Shown: positions 52,995-62,971, counted from the stretch's first letter. The stretch is DNA of 64,000 nucleotides from an uncultured bacterium (GCA_963749495.1 CAVVMW010000024.1:1-64000); one strand, 5' to 3'. Translations and numbers: made by a program. The notes: generated by a model not told the origin, from the letters alone.

Positions 52995-53578
52995 TCAACT
53001 GGCCATGCTCAACACCTTGCCGACCGAGGACACCGGCATTTTCAACTCCCGCGCTATGGCCCGGACCCCCAGGCCCTTCTTCTTCAGTGCCAGCACATCG
53101 CCGCGCTTCTCGGCCAAGGTGCCGGGCCTGCGCCCAACTTCACGCCCTTCTCGCGGGCCGCACCCAGGCCGGAATTGACGCGCTCTTTGATTATCTCCCT
53201 CTCAAATTCCGCGAGTGCCATCAAGACGGCCATCTGGAATTTGGCACATGGATTGGACTCTGAGGTATCGATGCCCTGGGTGGTGCAAATCAACGGCACC
53301 TTCAACCGGGCCATCTCGTCAATGATGAACGCCAGGTGCGTCAGGCTGCGGCCCATGCGGTCCAACTTGTAGCAAACCACGCGCGCTATCTTGCCTGCAC
53401 GCATGTCCTTGAGCAGCCGGTCGAGCGCCGGGCGCGTGGTGGACGCGCCGGACATCTTCTCGGTGTAGAAGACCAGGTTCTTCCAGCCGCGCATTTTGCC
53501 GCAGCGCTTCAACTCCAGTTCCTGGGAATCCAACTTCTGGTCCTTCGTCGAGACTCGCATGTAAACGGCGGTGTCCAT
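52995..53578 (-). CDS. Small serine recombinase (resolvase/invertase) with C-terminal HTH; frameshift at ~53130
   Basis: YMRVST..Q, SG..TTRP, KLDRMGRS and AEFEREIIKERVNSG motifs; the shifted frame continues RPGT..LKKKGLGVRAIARELKMPVSSVGKVL. Confidence 0.9.
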
Positions 53579-53599
53579 AAAACTGATGTTATATGGACA
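53572..53599. promoter_or_regulatory. 28-bp res-like inverted repeat overlapping the resolvase start codon
   Basis: TGTCCATAAAAC-TGAT-GTTATATGGACA. Confidence 0.7.
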
Positions 53600-53718
53600 T
53601 TGGGCCATGTCAATCGAAACCAGTGAAATTGGCAGAATTTAAGGGCCTGGATTGAGGGGGGATTTGTGGACACCCCTTGCGGGCGTTGAAGGGGCTGGGG
53701 GTGTCGAAGCTGCTGCCC

Positions 53719-53798
53719 GTCGTCCACGACCACGTCCACGACCACGTCCAGGGCCACGATCACGACCACGACCATGTCCACGACCACGACCACGACCA
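53719..53798. repeat. 6-mer tandem array (CACGAC/CACGTC)n
   Basis: About 13 degenerate units. Confidence 0.85.
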
Positions 53799-53897
53799 AC
53801 CGAGCGCGAATTTCCCCGCCTGGTGCTGGGTTGCCGGGGTTGGTGCCCGGCTGGGCGCTTCAATGTGGCAGAGCAACCCTTCACCCTGGGTTGCGGC

Positions 53898-54338
53898 TCA
53901 GACTTCGATGTGCGGTGCCCCGTGCTCGCATATTTCGGCCACGGGGCCCGTCAGCGTTTCGCCGGAAATGAACTTGCCCTCCACATCGGCCACGCCGACC
54001 TCAGCGAAGCCAACTCGAAAACCCGCCGATCGGAGTGCCGTAATCCACGACCGCAGGAGAGCGCCGTTGTCCTCCGCGAAGACCCGCTCGGTCAGCCGCA
54101 TCTTGAACGAGAATCGTTCCCGGTCGGCACTGAGCTGAAGATCGATGTCGTTGAACCCGGCTTTGGCCAACTCACCGCGAAGCCGGTTGAGGTCTGGGCA
54201 ACCGTGGACCGGCTGATCTTGCGCCCAAGCAATCTCCTCCGGGGAAAGCCTGCTACGGGCGACAAACTCCGCGATCGTTTCACCCTTGGCCCGCTCGTTC
54301 GCGCCGAACCTGCCAGACTGGATGTGCGGCAGCCGCAT
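53898..54338 (-). CDS. Hypothetical protein
   Basis: Protein-like ORF from MRLPHIQSGRF; no family recognised; start approximate. Confidence 0.5.
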   Translation of the reverse strand: MRLPHIQSGRFGANERAKGETIAEFVARSRLSPEEIAWAQDQPVHGCPDLNRLRGELAKAGFNDIDLQLSADRERFSFKMRLTERVFAEDNGALLRSWITALRSAGFRVGFAEVGVADVEGKFISGETLTGPVAEICEHGAPHIEV

Positions 54339-54346
54339 CGGTTTTG

Positions 54347-54763
54347 TCAACCCTCGTTCGCGGGCGCGTTTACCTGCTGCTGCTGCTGCGGGGTTGGCCG
54401 CTCCTGGCCGAGCATCACAAAATACAACGTGCTTTCGACCAATTCGACCGTCACGGCGTCGCAGCCTTCGTAGTCGAGCCGGATCAGCGGATTCACCATC
54501 CGAGCCGCCTGGGCGAAGTCGGCCTGGCGAACGCGCCGGCAATACTGGGCCACTTCGTCGGGGCGTTCCCCAGTCAAGCCTTCGGGCGGCAGCCCTGGAG
54601 GCTGCTGCCGGGCTGCTGCCTGTTGCCGCTGTCGCGACACGCGCTGCAAAAAGGCTTTCGGGTCTTCGCCCCTTGCCGCTGCTTGCTTGCGCGGCATTTG
54701 GTGCAGGAAGAAATCCTTCGGGTCTTCACCCCGGATAATTTGCCGGCCAGCGGGTAGATTCAT
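54347..54763 (-). CDS. Hypothetical protein with an internal RGEDPK repeat
   Basis: 138-aa ORF, co-oriented with the downstream ORF. Confidence 0.5.
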   Translation of the reverse strand: MNLPAGRQIIRGEDPKDFFLHQMPRKQAAARGEDPKAFLQRVSRQRQQAAARQQPPGLPPEGLTGERPDEVAQYCRRVRQADFAQAARMVNPLIRLDYEGCDAVTVELVESTLYFVMLGQERPTPQQQQQVNAPANEG

Positions 54764-55188
54764 GGCCCGACGTTAGCCGTCGAAGCCACGTCTGTCCATT
54801 CCCACTACTCCCGCTAAAGCCGCTGGAGGACGCCCTCCACGGCCGCGTGACCGGCCCTTGACTCGACCTGGCCCGGACGGCGGGCGGGAACAGGGCACCA
54901 CGGACGGCAAGGCCCGGTGCCGCGCCGCAAACCGGCCTCGGCCAGGCCGCGAACCAGTGGAACGCCTTCCTGGCCTGCTTGGCGGATGAACGGAGCGCGA
55001 TCGGGCTTAGGTCGGGACGCTGCCCGCTGATACGGGCACCTGCGCAGGCCCATCGGGAATGGCGGCGTCGAGAAGCAGCGGAACCAGTGCCGGGCGCTGC
55101 TCCGGTGGGCCATGCGGCATAAGACCACGAACCCGAAGGCCAGCCGTTGCCACGCGCCTTGACCGGCCTGTTATACTGATGCCGCAAT

Positions 55189-55683
55189 ATGCAGAGCGAA
55201 TACAACTATACGTGTCCGAATTGCTCCAAGGAATGCTCTGTGCCTGAATCCATGACCGGGCAAAATCTAATCTGTCCGAACTGCTCACAGGAGTTTTTCG
55301 CTACGCCGCCCGTCCTCGAAGAACCATATGAAACATTGATGCAAAAACCTACCGTCCCATCTGTGAACGATGTGGAAGGCTTTGTGAAGTGGATGGTGAA
55401 GTATGGCCAAGACTTCGCTCTCTTGAGAGAGCTTTACGCAGGGGCACTCGATAGATTCCTCGAGGCACTCTGGGTGGACATTAGGAATGAAATCATGCAG
55501 AGGAATCTCACTTCATCGGACGCGCTGATGACGCGGGCAGGTGAGCTTTCCGAGTATTATACCGCAAATCTTGAAAAGCCGGTTAACGCTAGTGGGGGCA
55601 TCATGGGGTGCCGGGCGGACCTTCGACTCGTCGCCACAGTTATCCAGGCGAAGATGATGGTGATGTTTCGGCTGGCAAAGTAA
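55189..55683 (+). CDS. Zinc-ribbon domain protein
   Basis: CPNC-x17-CPNC N-terminus; TATACT upstream. Confidence 0.65.
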   Translation: MQSEYNYTCPNCSKECSVPESMTGQNLICPNCSQEFFATPPVLEEPYETLMQKPTVPSVNDVEGFVKWMVKYGQDFALLRELYAGALDRFLEALWVDIRNEIMQRNLTSSDALMTRAGELSEYYTANLEKPVNASGGIMGCRADLRLVATVIQAKMMVMFRLAK

Positions 55684-55742
55684 AAGTATGGCGCGCCAAT
55701 CTCAGATTGGGTCCTCGGCCCCCTCCGCTAGCGGGTCAGTAG

Positions 55743-55919
55743 CTCTGGGAAGAGCGCGGCAAGCAGGTGCTGGCCATCATCCCCCTCGACCTGGACGGCT
55801 ACCTGTTCGACCCGCAGTGGCAGGACTGGAGCAAGCAGCACCTGACTGACCGTCTGGGAGCCGACTTCAGAGGCTGGGAAGCCGACAAAGCGAAATTCGA
55901 GGAGCAGTTTCAGTGCTGA
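55743..55919 (+). pseudogene. Fragment resembling the C-terminal half of a TIR domain
   Basis: Hand translation LWEERGKQVLAIIPLDLDGYLFDPQWQDW...RLGADFRGWE..KAKFEEQF; no start codon. Confidence 0.55.
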
Positions 55920-55987
55920 TTAAGGCCGGTCCGAGGGAGTAGCCTCAACTACGAATCCAGTTGTCCCTTCCACGTCCTAGCTTCGAG

Positions 55988-56683
55988 TCATTCCTCGCTG
56001 GGATTCTCATGGAGGAGTTTGTTCACGGTCCTTAATCCCTCCTCGACCGTATGGCAAGCCATGTCGCCGCGACAACTAAGCCATCTCTCGAAAATAAGCA
56101 GCAACAACAACTCCTGATCACACTTTGGTGAGAACCCTTCCTGCGTCCTTTGGTCAGCCTGTCTAAACTGCCCCGCCGTACGCAGCAAATCTGCACAGAT
56201 CAAAAAGTTAACGCCGGGGCGGTCTGCCGTGCCCTGTCCCTTACTTATGGCGCGCCCAAGAATGTGCTCCCCACGCAAGCGGCATGTTTTCGCGGCTTCG
56301 GTCTCTCCGGCGTCGTCGCAAGCCCATGCCCCGTAAACACAAGCCCATCCTGCTTCGTTAAGGCGACCGAGGGTCTCCAAAATCAGGGAGGAGCAAAGAA
56401 AACGGTTCGCCAACTCTGGATACTCCTTGGACTTCAGTTGTAGGCGATACTCATTACTGGCCAAGATAGCCGATATGTCAGGCAGCGGGGCCGTGATGCT
56501 GGGCATACAGTAGCCGCAATGTGGACAGACTTGAACCTGTTGGGGCAATGTGGAACGTATTACCTCCGCAGGGCGAGTGTCCAGGTCCGGCGACCCCCAA
56601 GCACTCGTGGACCCGATTATCGCCTGTTCGCTCAACCCCTGGCACTGGGAGCATCGAATTTGCTCTTTATACAGCATCGTCAT
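55988..56683 (-). CDS. DUF2225-like zinc-ribbon + helical protein
   Basis: CSQC...GSPDLDTRP...CPHCGYC, AWACDD and ADLLR.AGQF motifs. Confidence 0.7.
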   Translation of the reverse strand: MTMLYKEQIRCSQCQGLSEQAIIGSTSAWGSPDLDTRPAEVIRSTLPQQVQVCPHCGYCMPSITAPLPDISAILASNEYRLQLKSKEYPELANRFLCSSLILETLGRLNEAGWACVYGAWACDDAGETEAAKTCRLRGEHILGRAISKGQGTADRPGVNFLICADLLRTAGQFRQADQRTQEGFSPKCDQELLLLLIFERWLSCRGDMACHTVEEGLRTVNKLLHENPSEE

Positions 56684-56687
56684 ACGC

Positions 56688-57101
56688 TCACCATGTCCCC
56701 AGTTGACGCTCCAGATATTTGCCGAGGACTGCCCGCGCTCCGGCCAATTGCTCAGGAGTATATAATGGATGGAAATAATCCTGGACTGCTTGGGCGTTGG
56801 TGATTTTGTTGACCAGGGTTCTGTCGCCCAAGTCGAAGCGCATCTCGTCAACGCTCCTGAACCCTTTAACGTCTCGCGCCTCTCCATCTATACGCACGAA
56901 CACGTGAGCAAACGCTGTCGCCTCTCGGTTCGTCAGTCGCCACAATTCCGCTTGGGGAAATCTCAGCTTTAACAATTGAGGGACCAAGAAGCAGAAGCCT
57001 CCGGCCCCTAACTCCTCTGGGCTAGAATTGCTAATCTCGTCGGGCGAGAGACGGCTGAATGGAGTCTTGCGCAGGTCGCCTGTCTGGTTCTTGTCATCCA
57101 T
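56688..57101 (-). CDS. Hypothetical protein, possibly papain-like (Cys-His-Asp) fold
   Basis: GGFCFL...AHVFVRIDG...DVKG. Confidence 0.55.
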   Translation of the reverse strand: MDDKNQTGDLRKTPFSRLSPDEISNSSPEELGAGGFCFLVPQLLKLRFPQAELWRLTNREATAFAHVFVRIDGEARDVKGFRSVDEMRFDLGDRTLVNKITNAQAVQDYFHPLYTPEQLAGARAVLGKYLERQLGTW

Positions 57102-57221
57102 AAGTATTTTATCGCTGCGTTCTCTGATTCTAAGCGACGGCCTCTGGTCACGACTGATTCAGGTCAAGAACTGCGAGCAAGTCCGGGATTTCATCTACGT
57201 GGTGCAAGTGGAGCAATCCCG

Positions 57222-57824
57222 TTACCAGAGCTTACAGTGCTCTGGAAAGGCGGTCTGGAACGGAACCCACCCGCCCAGCCCTTCGCGCCAGACCAACGAA
57301 GTGGATGCGACCTCGCCGTAGTGGAATAGCCTTAATAGGTCGGACTCGGACACAGGCCCACGCCGATTGTCCCACCGGTCATAGTAGAGCCAGTCGTGCG
57401 TTTGGTGCTCAGGTTTTGCGGCTCCTAGCGGGCTAGGCGGGGTTTCGGTATTGGCAGATTTGGTGATGAAGGCCCAGTAATCCGCCAGGGACTTCTTGTC
57501 CGAGCCTTTCAAAAACAGTAGTCCCGCTGCGGTCACGAACGCCACGCTTAACCACTGGATAAGCAGGCGGTCGGAAGCTATTGAAACACTCTCATAAAAC
57601 TCACCTGGCGCGGCGAATGGAGGATTAGCCAACTGATGCGCTGGCGGCGGTTCAAAGAGGAACGCGTATCCGGCAAATTCCTGGGTTTCGGTCTGCATGA
57701 CGGGCTGCCCCCGAGTGGCCCCCAAAATAACCTGATGCCTGGCCTTCGTCCAAGGGGGATAGATGAGCATCGCGGCCATCACCGCAACCATGAGCACCAA
57801 CCACTGTTTTTGTATCGCGTTCAT
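57222..57824 (-). CDS. Membrane protein with a C-terminal GYF_2 (DUF4339) domain
   Basis: Two TM segments; WLY...RRGPVS...L...G.V...LVWREG..GW. Confidence 0.75.
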   Translation of the reverse strand: MNAIQKQWLVLMVAVMAAMLIYPPWTKARHQVILGATRGQPVMQTETQEFAGYAFLFEPPPAHQLANPPFAAPGEFYESVSIASDRLLIQWLSVAFVTAAGLLFLKGSDKKSLADYWAFITKSANTETPPSPLGAAKPEHQTHDWLYYDRWDNRRGPVSESDLLRLFHYGEVASTSLVWREGLGGWVPFQTAFPEHCKLW

Positions 57825-57921
57825 ACTATTGAGTTTTCATTTTTCCATTCCGCTTTGGGTGGTGCCATCGCGACTATGGACCGGCCATGCGGCAGGGCAA
57901 GCGAAAAGCGTCCACAACCAG

Positions 57922-58035
57922 GCCCTCCCGCCGTCCGCCAGCCTGCTCCTGGTCGGCGACGTGCACCAGTTGCCCTCGGTCGGGCTGGGCATTGTCCTGC
58001 GGAGCCTCATCGAGAGCGGCCTGGTGCCGGTGGTA
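57922..58035 (+). pseudogene. RecD2-like helicase fragment (motif III region)
   Basis: ALPPSASLLLVGDVHQLPSVGLGIVLRSLIESGLVPVV. Confidence 0.7.
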
Positions 58036-58104
58036 GGCAGCCTGCCGGGCACCCTGCTGGCCAGGGGCGTAATGGCACGTGGTGCACTGGTCTCGCACCG
58101 TGAC

Positions 58105-58629
58105 CTATCCGGCTGGATCGTCGGTGTCAACTGCCTCATCAGCATTCTGAACCCTGTTCAGCCCTACAAGCCACGCTTTCTGTCCGCCAGCCCGGTCGTT
58201 GGCCGTCGTGGAGACGAGGTATCGAATTGGAAACTGCGTGAGCATCGACGCAGGTTCGTCCGTCTTGTCCTGCGGGACCACCTTGACCTCGTAGGTATGC
58301 CCTCTCTCGACTCTTCCGTGGTGCCGATAGTGAATCTCGTAGTCTCCCGCATCTGGCCTTTCCGGGCAAAAGCGGAGCATCACCGTAAAAGCAGGTGTAG
58401 ATGTTTCGATAACGAACAGCCCATCTCGGCAGATGGCATGAGAAACCCTTGGCCAGTCACCAAGGCAACTCGGAGGTGACTCGCGAGCTTCATCGTTTAG
58501 GAGAGCAAGAAATCTCTCCTTGAGTCTTTCACGTTGCTCAGGACGACTCAAGCCCCAATTTGGGTCCTCGAAGCTTTCCTGTGGCATGAACTTAATGACG
58601 CCGAGATTCGCGTCGCGTCCATTCGACAT
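58105..58629 (-). CDS. Hypothetical protein
   Basis: 174-aa protein-like ORF in lower-GC DNA. Confidence 0.5.
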   Translation of the reverse strand: MSNGRDANLGVIKFMPQESFEDPNWGLSRPEQRERLKERFLALLNDEARESPPSCLGDWPRVSHAICRDGLFVIETSTPAFTVMLRFCPERPDAGDYEIHYRHHGRVERGHTYEVKVVPQDKTDEPASMLTQFPIRYLVSTTANDRAGGQKAWLVGLNRVQNADEAVDTDDPAG

Positions 58630-61028
58630 AACGTATTACATATTCATCCACGTCTTTTCGTTCAATGGCCAGGAATGCTGAAGGATTAGAGGTTGGGAGG
58701 CAAGCCAAGGCTTACTCGACTTCGACAGGCTTATGAGGCCACACTCGGCTGATTGTGAGCACTGCGGCCAGGGAAGCTCGAACGACTGCTCGTCGCTGGC
58801 GGCGAGCACGTTGACAAGCGCGTCAAATGTGCCCCGCAGCGCCCTTGCTAAGGTTTTACCGGTAGTTGCGCCGGTCGCCAGCGTCAAAATACCCTCCACG
58901 GCACCGGCAGGCGTCAAATTTGACAGGTCAAAAGCCGCCCCGGAGCGCCCGTCAAGGGCACACGCTGCGCGGTCTTCCAACATGTCGTCATCGTCGTTCA
59001 CAGCACGCCAGGCTTCTGGGCCATGATGAGCCGATGGTGCTTTTGAATCAACATATTTGACATCGGTTTGACGGCGCAACCCTCCGTGACCACGGCGCTT
59101 GCGCGGGTGCCCTGTGTTGGCAAATGGACCTCTGCTACCGGTGCCGGTCAAGCGGGTGGAGTGCGCCAGGCAAAAAATTTGTATTGACCGAATGGGTCTG
59201 CCGGGTCCACTGGCGGCAAGTTAAGCGCAAGTCCAGTGCCAGCGAGACTTTCGCCTTCGGTCTGCCGGGTTCTTGCGGACCAGCGAGTCTTGGGCTGACC
59301 GTCGTTCGCACCGCATGGCCACGCCCTCGATTTCGAACCTGGCCCGCTGGCTGGCCGAGAAGTTCCACAAGGTGACATCGACCTGGGCGCACGACTGGCC
59401 GAAGGCGCTGACGGTAATGCCGGGCAGCGCGGTGGGACGCGTTCAGCTACATCGAGGCCCTGGCCGCCTGAAGCGCAAGGCCGAGCAGTTTGAACTGGAC
59501 TGGGGCGAGCCGCAAGCGTTCGCCCTGGTCCAGCAGGAAACACTCGACGGCGAGCAGCACGCCGGAGAAAAAACAGCAAAAGGAGGACGACGAGAAACAA
59601 GCAGAGCGGAACCAAAAGCCCCTGATATGACAGACGACTTCGATCCATTCATCCTGTTCTCCCGAGAGTCGGCACCGCCGCCCGCGATTGAGTCGCCGCG
59701 GACTCCACCACCACCCAAGCCGCCGCTCAAACCCGAGACCAAGGAGTTGCCCTACACCATCTGCACCCTCATCGCGCAGTGCAGCGGGTTTAGGATCAGA
59801 GGCGTGTTCGGTTACACCGGTGCGGACATTTTCACATACAGGTAGGGGCCTGTGCCAGACCACGAATGCCGCTCAGGCTATCGCTCCCGCGTTACTGAGC
59901 AGGGCGCGATTGACTACGACGTTGGCCTGGCCTTTCTGGTCAACGGAAAGCGTGGTCAGAACTGGACCACGGTGATCGCTTACGAGCCGGACGACACCTG
60001 CTGCGCCTCGCACGGCGTCTGGAGGCGCACCGCAAGATTCCCGAAGAGCGTGCAGGGCGTGTGACCGAGCCAAACGTCATCGAGGGCGTCACGGTCCTGG
60101 ACGGCAGGAGCCAGCCCCAAGCCTTGCACAAAGACCTGGGCTGCAGCCGAGCCCGTCATCGCGGTAGCGCCGCCGAGTACGCCACAAGGGCGCTCCAAGA
60201 CACTGTCGCTGCCGGCGCGCCCGAGGAGCTGAGGAACGATCTGGAGCAGGTCCTGGCGCGCCCGTACACCAACGGTGCCCGGTTCGGCCTCTTCCTGGCA
60301 AGCCGCCCCACATCCAATCCGCCCACGGTCGAGAGTCCCCAGCGCCACAATGTCGCGGCAGTTCCGAGGGGGTGCGGCCCGCTAAAATCGAGCGGCGGGC
60401 GTTCGAAAAACTTCGGTGTCATCCGGTTCTACGAGATTTCTGGCGCGAACAGGAGACTGGCGAAATCAAGGAGGCTGCGCTGCCCACCCCCAGAGCGTGG
60501 GCATTGAGCCAGGCGGAAATCGCTGCTGTTTACACTCTCGCCGAGACGCCCGCAGAGCGGCGGGCGCTGCGAAAGTCCCTGGCTCTGACCCATCTGGTAT
60601 TACCCCGCCAGGGGCCAGGCCCCGACCAGCTCGTAGCGCAGCGTGACCGTACATGCCCAGGCTCATGCCTTTGTCACGGACTCGAAGTCAAGCGCCGAGC
60701 GATCCGGTGGGCGGGTCACCGCGGTGGACTTCATCGCTCAGATTGCGTTCGGCGGAACGAATGCCATGACCTTCGCCGTTTCGGGCTTCGTGAGCGAGAC
60801 ACTCACGGACATCATGCGCGGCCGCGAGTGCCTGGAGTCTGCCGGCGATTTCCGGGCAACCGTCTCCGGCTCCGGCACGGCCATCGTGGGGGGCGTTGCC
60901 TGCCCGGCCCTTTACACCGGCACCATCATGGCGACGGGACGCAACTACGAAGAGGACGAGGATTAGACGTTGCATCAATAGTGTAGTGGCCGGATTTCCA
61001 GAAAAATCCACGATGGCACAGAAAAGAC

Positions 61029-61053
61029 TACCATTTCAATTCTCCAAATGGTA
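61029..61053. promoter_or_regulatory. Putative TA autoregulatory operator
   Basis: TACCATTT-N9-AAATGGTA immediately upstream of the antitoxin start. Confidence 0.6.
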
Positions 61054-61065
61054 TTATGAGATGGT

Positions 61066-61356
61066 ATGAGCACAGGAACGATTCAGATCGACAAAGCCGG
61101 GCGGGTGGTGCTGCCCAAGCTGCTTCGGCAACAGTTCAACCTTGAGCCCGGGGACAAGCTGCGCCTTTCGGTCGAAGGCAACAGCATCAAGCTCGAGCCG
61201 GCTGACACGGGCGGGAAGCTGGTCCGCAAAGGCAGTGTGCTCGTGTTTGTCGGGGATTTCGTCGAGCCCGTCACAACCGCCTCGGTCGAGAATTTGCTTT
61301 CCGGGCAACGCGAGGCCTGTTTATCCGACGCCGCTGGAAAGCTGCAAAAGAAATGA
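61066..61356 (+). CDS. AbrB/MazE-family antitoxin (VapB-like)
   Basis: IDKAGRVVLPK.LRQQFNL.PGD.L motif. Confidence 0.9.
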   Translation: MSTGTIQIDKAGRVVLPKLLRQQFNLEPGDKLRLSVEGNSIKLEPADTGGKLVRKGSVLVFVGDFVEPVTTASVENLLSGQREACLSDAAGKLQKK

Positions 61357-61787
61357 AGGTTTTTTTGGACACCAATCTGCTGGTGGCGGCCTGTGTCGAA
61401 GAGCACGAACATCATGCGCGCGCGCTTCCGGTGGTCGAGGCAGTCCACCAAGGCAAAACCGACGGTTATGTGAGCGCGCACAGTCTGCTCGAAACCTACG
61501 CGGTTTTGACGCGCCTGCCGCGTTCCCCGCGTATTACGCCCATGCAGGCAGCGAAGCTGGTGGAACAAAATATCGGCAGCCATTTTACCGTCGTCGCGCT
61601 CACCGCAAAAGAATACGGCCAGCTCGCGCACAAATTGGCCGAAGAGAATATCCTGGGCGGGCAGGCGTTCGACGCTTTGCACCTGGAGTGCGCGGCGAAA
61701 AGCGGAGCAGAACGCATCTACACGTTTAATGTGCGACATTTCGGGCCATTGGGCCGTCATCTGCGGGCCGCAATTTGCGCGCCGTGA
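61353..61787 (+). CDS. vapC: PIN-domain toxin (VapC-like)
   Basis: FLDTN, E.YAVLT, FDALH and TFN motifs; ATGA overlap with the antitoxin. Confidence 0.9.
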   Translation: MKVFLDTNLLVAACVEEHEHHARALPVVEAVHQGKTDGYVSAHSLLETYAVLTRLPRSPRITPMQAAKLVEQNIGSHFTVVALTAKEYGQLAHKLAEENILGGQAFDALHLECAAKSGAERIYTFNVRHFGPLGRHLRAAICAP

Positions 61788-61826
61788 ATCGTCCATACTG
61801 GTTCGAAACGCTCCCACCTTCACTGA

Positions 61827-61944
61827 GAAGGTGTGAAAAAATTGATTTCTGGCGCCAAGGAGCGAAAAGAATCTTCAAAATCCCCAGGAAAACAGAGGGG
61901 TGTTTTCGAGTATGATGCCCGTTTTGGCATTTTTTCACACCTTC
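61827..61944. mobile_element. 118-bp MITE
   Basis: Perfect 16-bp TIR GAAGGTGTGAAAAAAT, flanked by TGA on both sides (61824-61826 and 61945-61947). Confidence 0.75.
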
Positions 61945-61968
61945 TGAGGCCTTACCTCGAAGGCAACA

Positions 61969-62039
61969 GGCCGCTTGACGGCCTTGAGGTTTTCCGGGCA
62001 GAGTCGCGCCATGTACAAGATCATCGGAGCAGACGGCAA
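61969..62039 (+). repeat. 71-bp direct repeat, right copy (drives the intact gene)
   Basis: TTGACG-18-CAGAGT-6-ATG followed by MYKIIGADG. Confidence 0.95.
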
Positions 62040-62529
62040 GGAGTATGGCCCGATTCCTGGCGAGGTTTTGCGCCAGTGGATCGTCGAGGGGCGAGCCGAT
62101 GCGCGGACTCGAGTGCTTGCCGAGGGGAGTGCCGAATGGAGGCCGTTGGCGGAGGTGCCGGAGGTCTCCGGGATGCTGGCAGCGGCACCGGCACCGGCGC
62201 CGGCCGCCCCCGCCGCCGCCGCGCCGGCGGGGCCGGCGCCGAGGACCAACCCGATGGCGGTGAGCGGGCTGATCATGGGCATCCTGGCGCTGACTTGCGC
62301 GGCGTGTTGCTGCTATGGGTTGCCGTTCAATGTGCTCGGCGTCGTCTTTTCGAGCATCGCCTTGTCCCAGATCAAACAAGACCCCGCTGGGCAAAAGGGC
62401 CGCGGCATGGCCGTGGCAGGGCTGGTCCTTTCGATCCTGAGCATTCTGCTGACCCTGCTGGTCCTGATCCTGGGCCTGGGTGTCGCGTTCAGCGCCTTCG
62501 ATATCATGCGCCGCTTCCAGAACTATTGA
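62011..62529 (+). CDS. GYF_2 + DUF4190 membrane protein
   Basis: MYKIIGADGKEYGP..LRQWI.EGR; TNPMAVSGLIMG...IALSQIK...GRGMAVAGLVL. Confidence 0.88.
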   Translation: MYKIIGADGKEYGPIPGEVLRQWIVEGRADARTRVLAEGSAEWRPLAEVPEVSGMLAAAPAPAPAAPAAAAPAGPAPRTNPMAVSGLIMGILALTCAACCCYGLPFNVLGVVFSSIALSQIKQDPAGQKGRGMAVAGLVLSILSILLTLLVLILGLGVAFSAFDIMRRFQNY

Positions 62530-62563
62530 CCCGCTTGCGCGGGGAAATGCGATTGAGCCACCC

Positions 62564-62971
62564 ATGAACACGGATCGACACGGATTTGCGGCGTCCAGGC
62601 CCCCAGTGGCGTTGCTGGTCGCAGTGCTCGCCGCGCTCGCGGTGTTGGCGGGCAGCGTCATCCTTTTCGAGTTCGACCCGGACCGCTCCTGGTTCTATCC
62701 GGCCTGCCAGTTTCACCGGGTCACCGGGTTGCTTTGCCCGGGCTGCGGTTCACTGCGCGCCCTGCACCACTTGCTGCACGGCCGGATCGCGCTGGCTTTG
62801 CATTTCAACGCCTTGCTGGTGCTCTGCCTGCCTTGGGCGGCCTGGTTTGCCGCGCGCGCGCTGCTGCGCTTTCTGAGGAGCCAGCCGCTGCCCTCGGGCA
62901 TTCGTCCGGCCTGGCTCTGGTGCGCCGTGGCGGCAACGCTCTGCTTCGGGGTCCTGCGCAACGTCTTCTAG
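62564..62971 (+). CDS. DUF2752 membrane protein
   Basis: C.F...TGLLCPGCGSLRA...LLHG...A..FN and VLRN motifs. Confidence 0.88.
   Translation: MNTDRHGFAASRPPVALLVAVLAALAVLAGSVILFEFDPDRSWFYPACQFHRVTGLLCPGCGSLRALHHLLHGRIALALHFNALLVLCLPWAAWFAARALLRFLRSQPLPSGIRPAWLWCAVAATLCFGVLRNVF

Larger units (their letters stand above)
52727..62039. mobile_element. Putative degenerate genomic island bounded by 71-bp direct repeats
   Basis: Direct repeats; resolvase at one end and TA pair at the other; orphan ORFs and gene fragments; patchy lower GC. Confidence 0.7.

Noticed and set aside
55689..55697. TGGCGCGCC as a tRNA 3'-end att remnant
   Set aside because: Only 9 nt, with no T-loop sequence adjacent.
58636..60966. 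Several ORFs in the right part of the island
   Set aside because: Overlapping candidates on both strands with no recognisable family, so I cannot tell which are real.
60983..60997. GTAGTGGCCGGATTT as a second IS1-like end
   Set aside because: Short, imperfect match with no transposase or partner end nearby.
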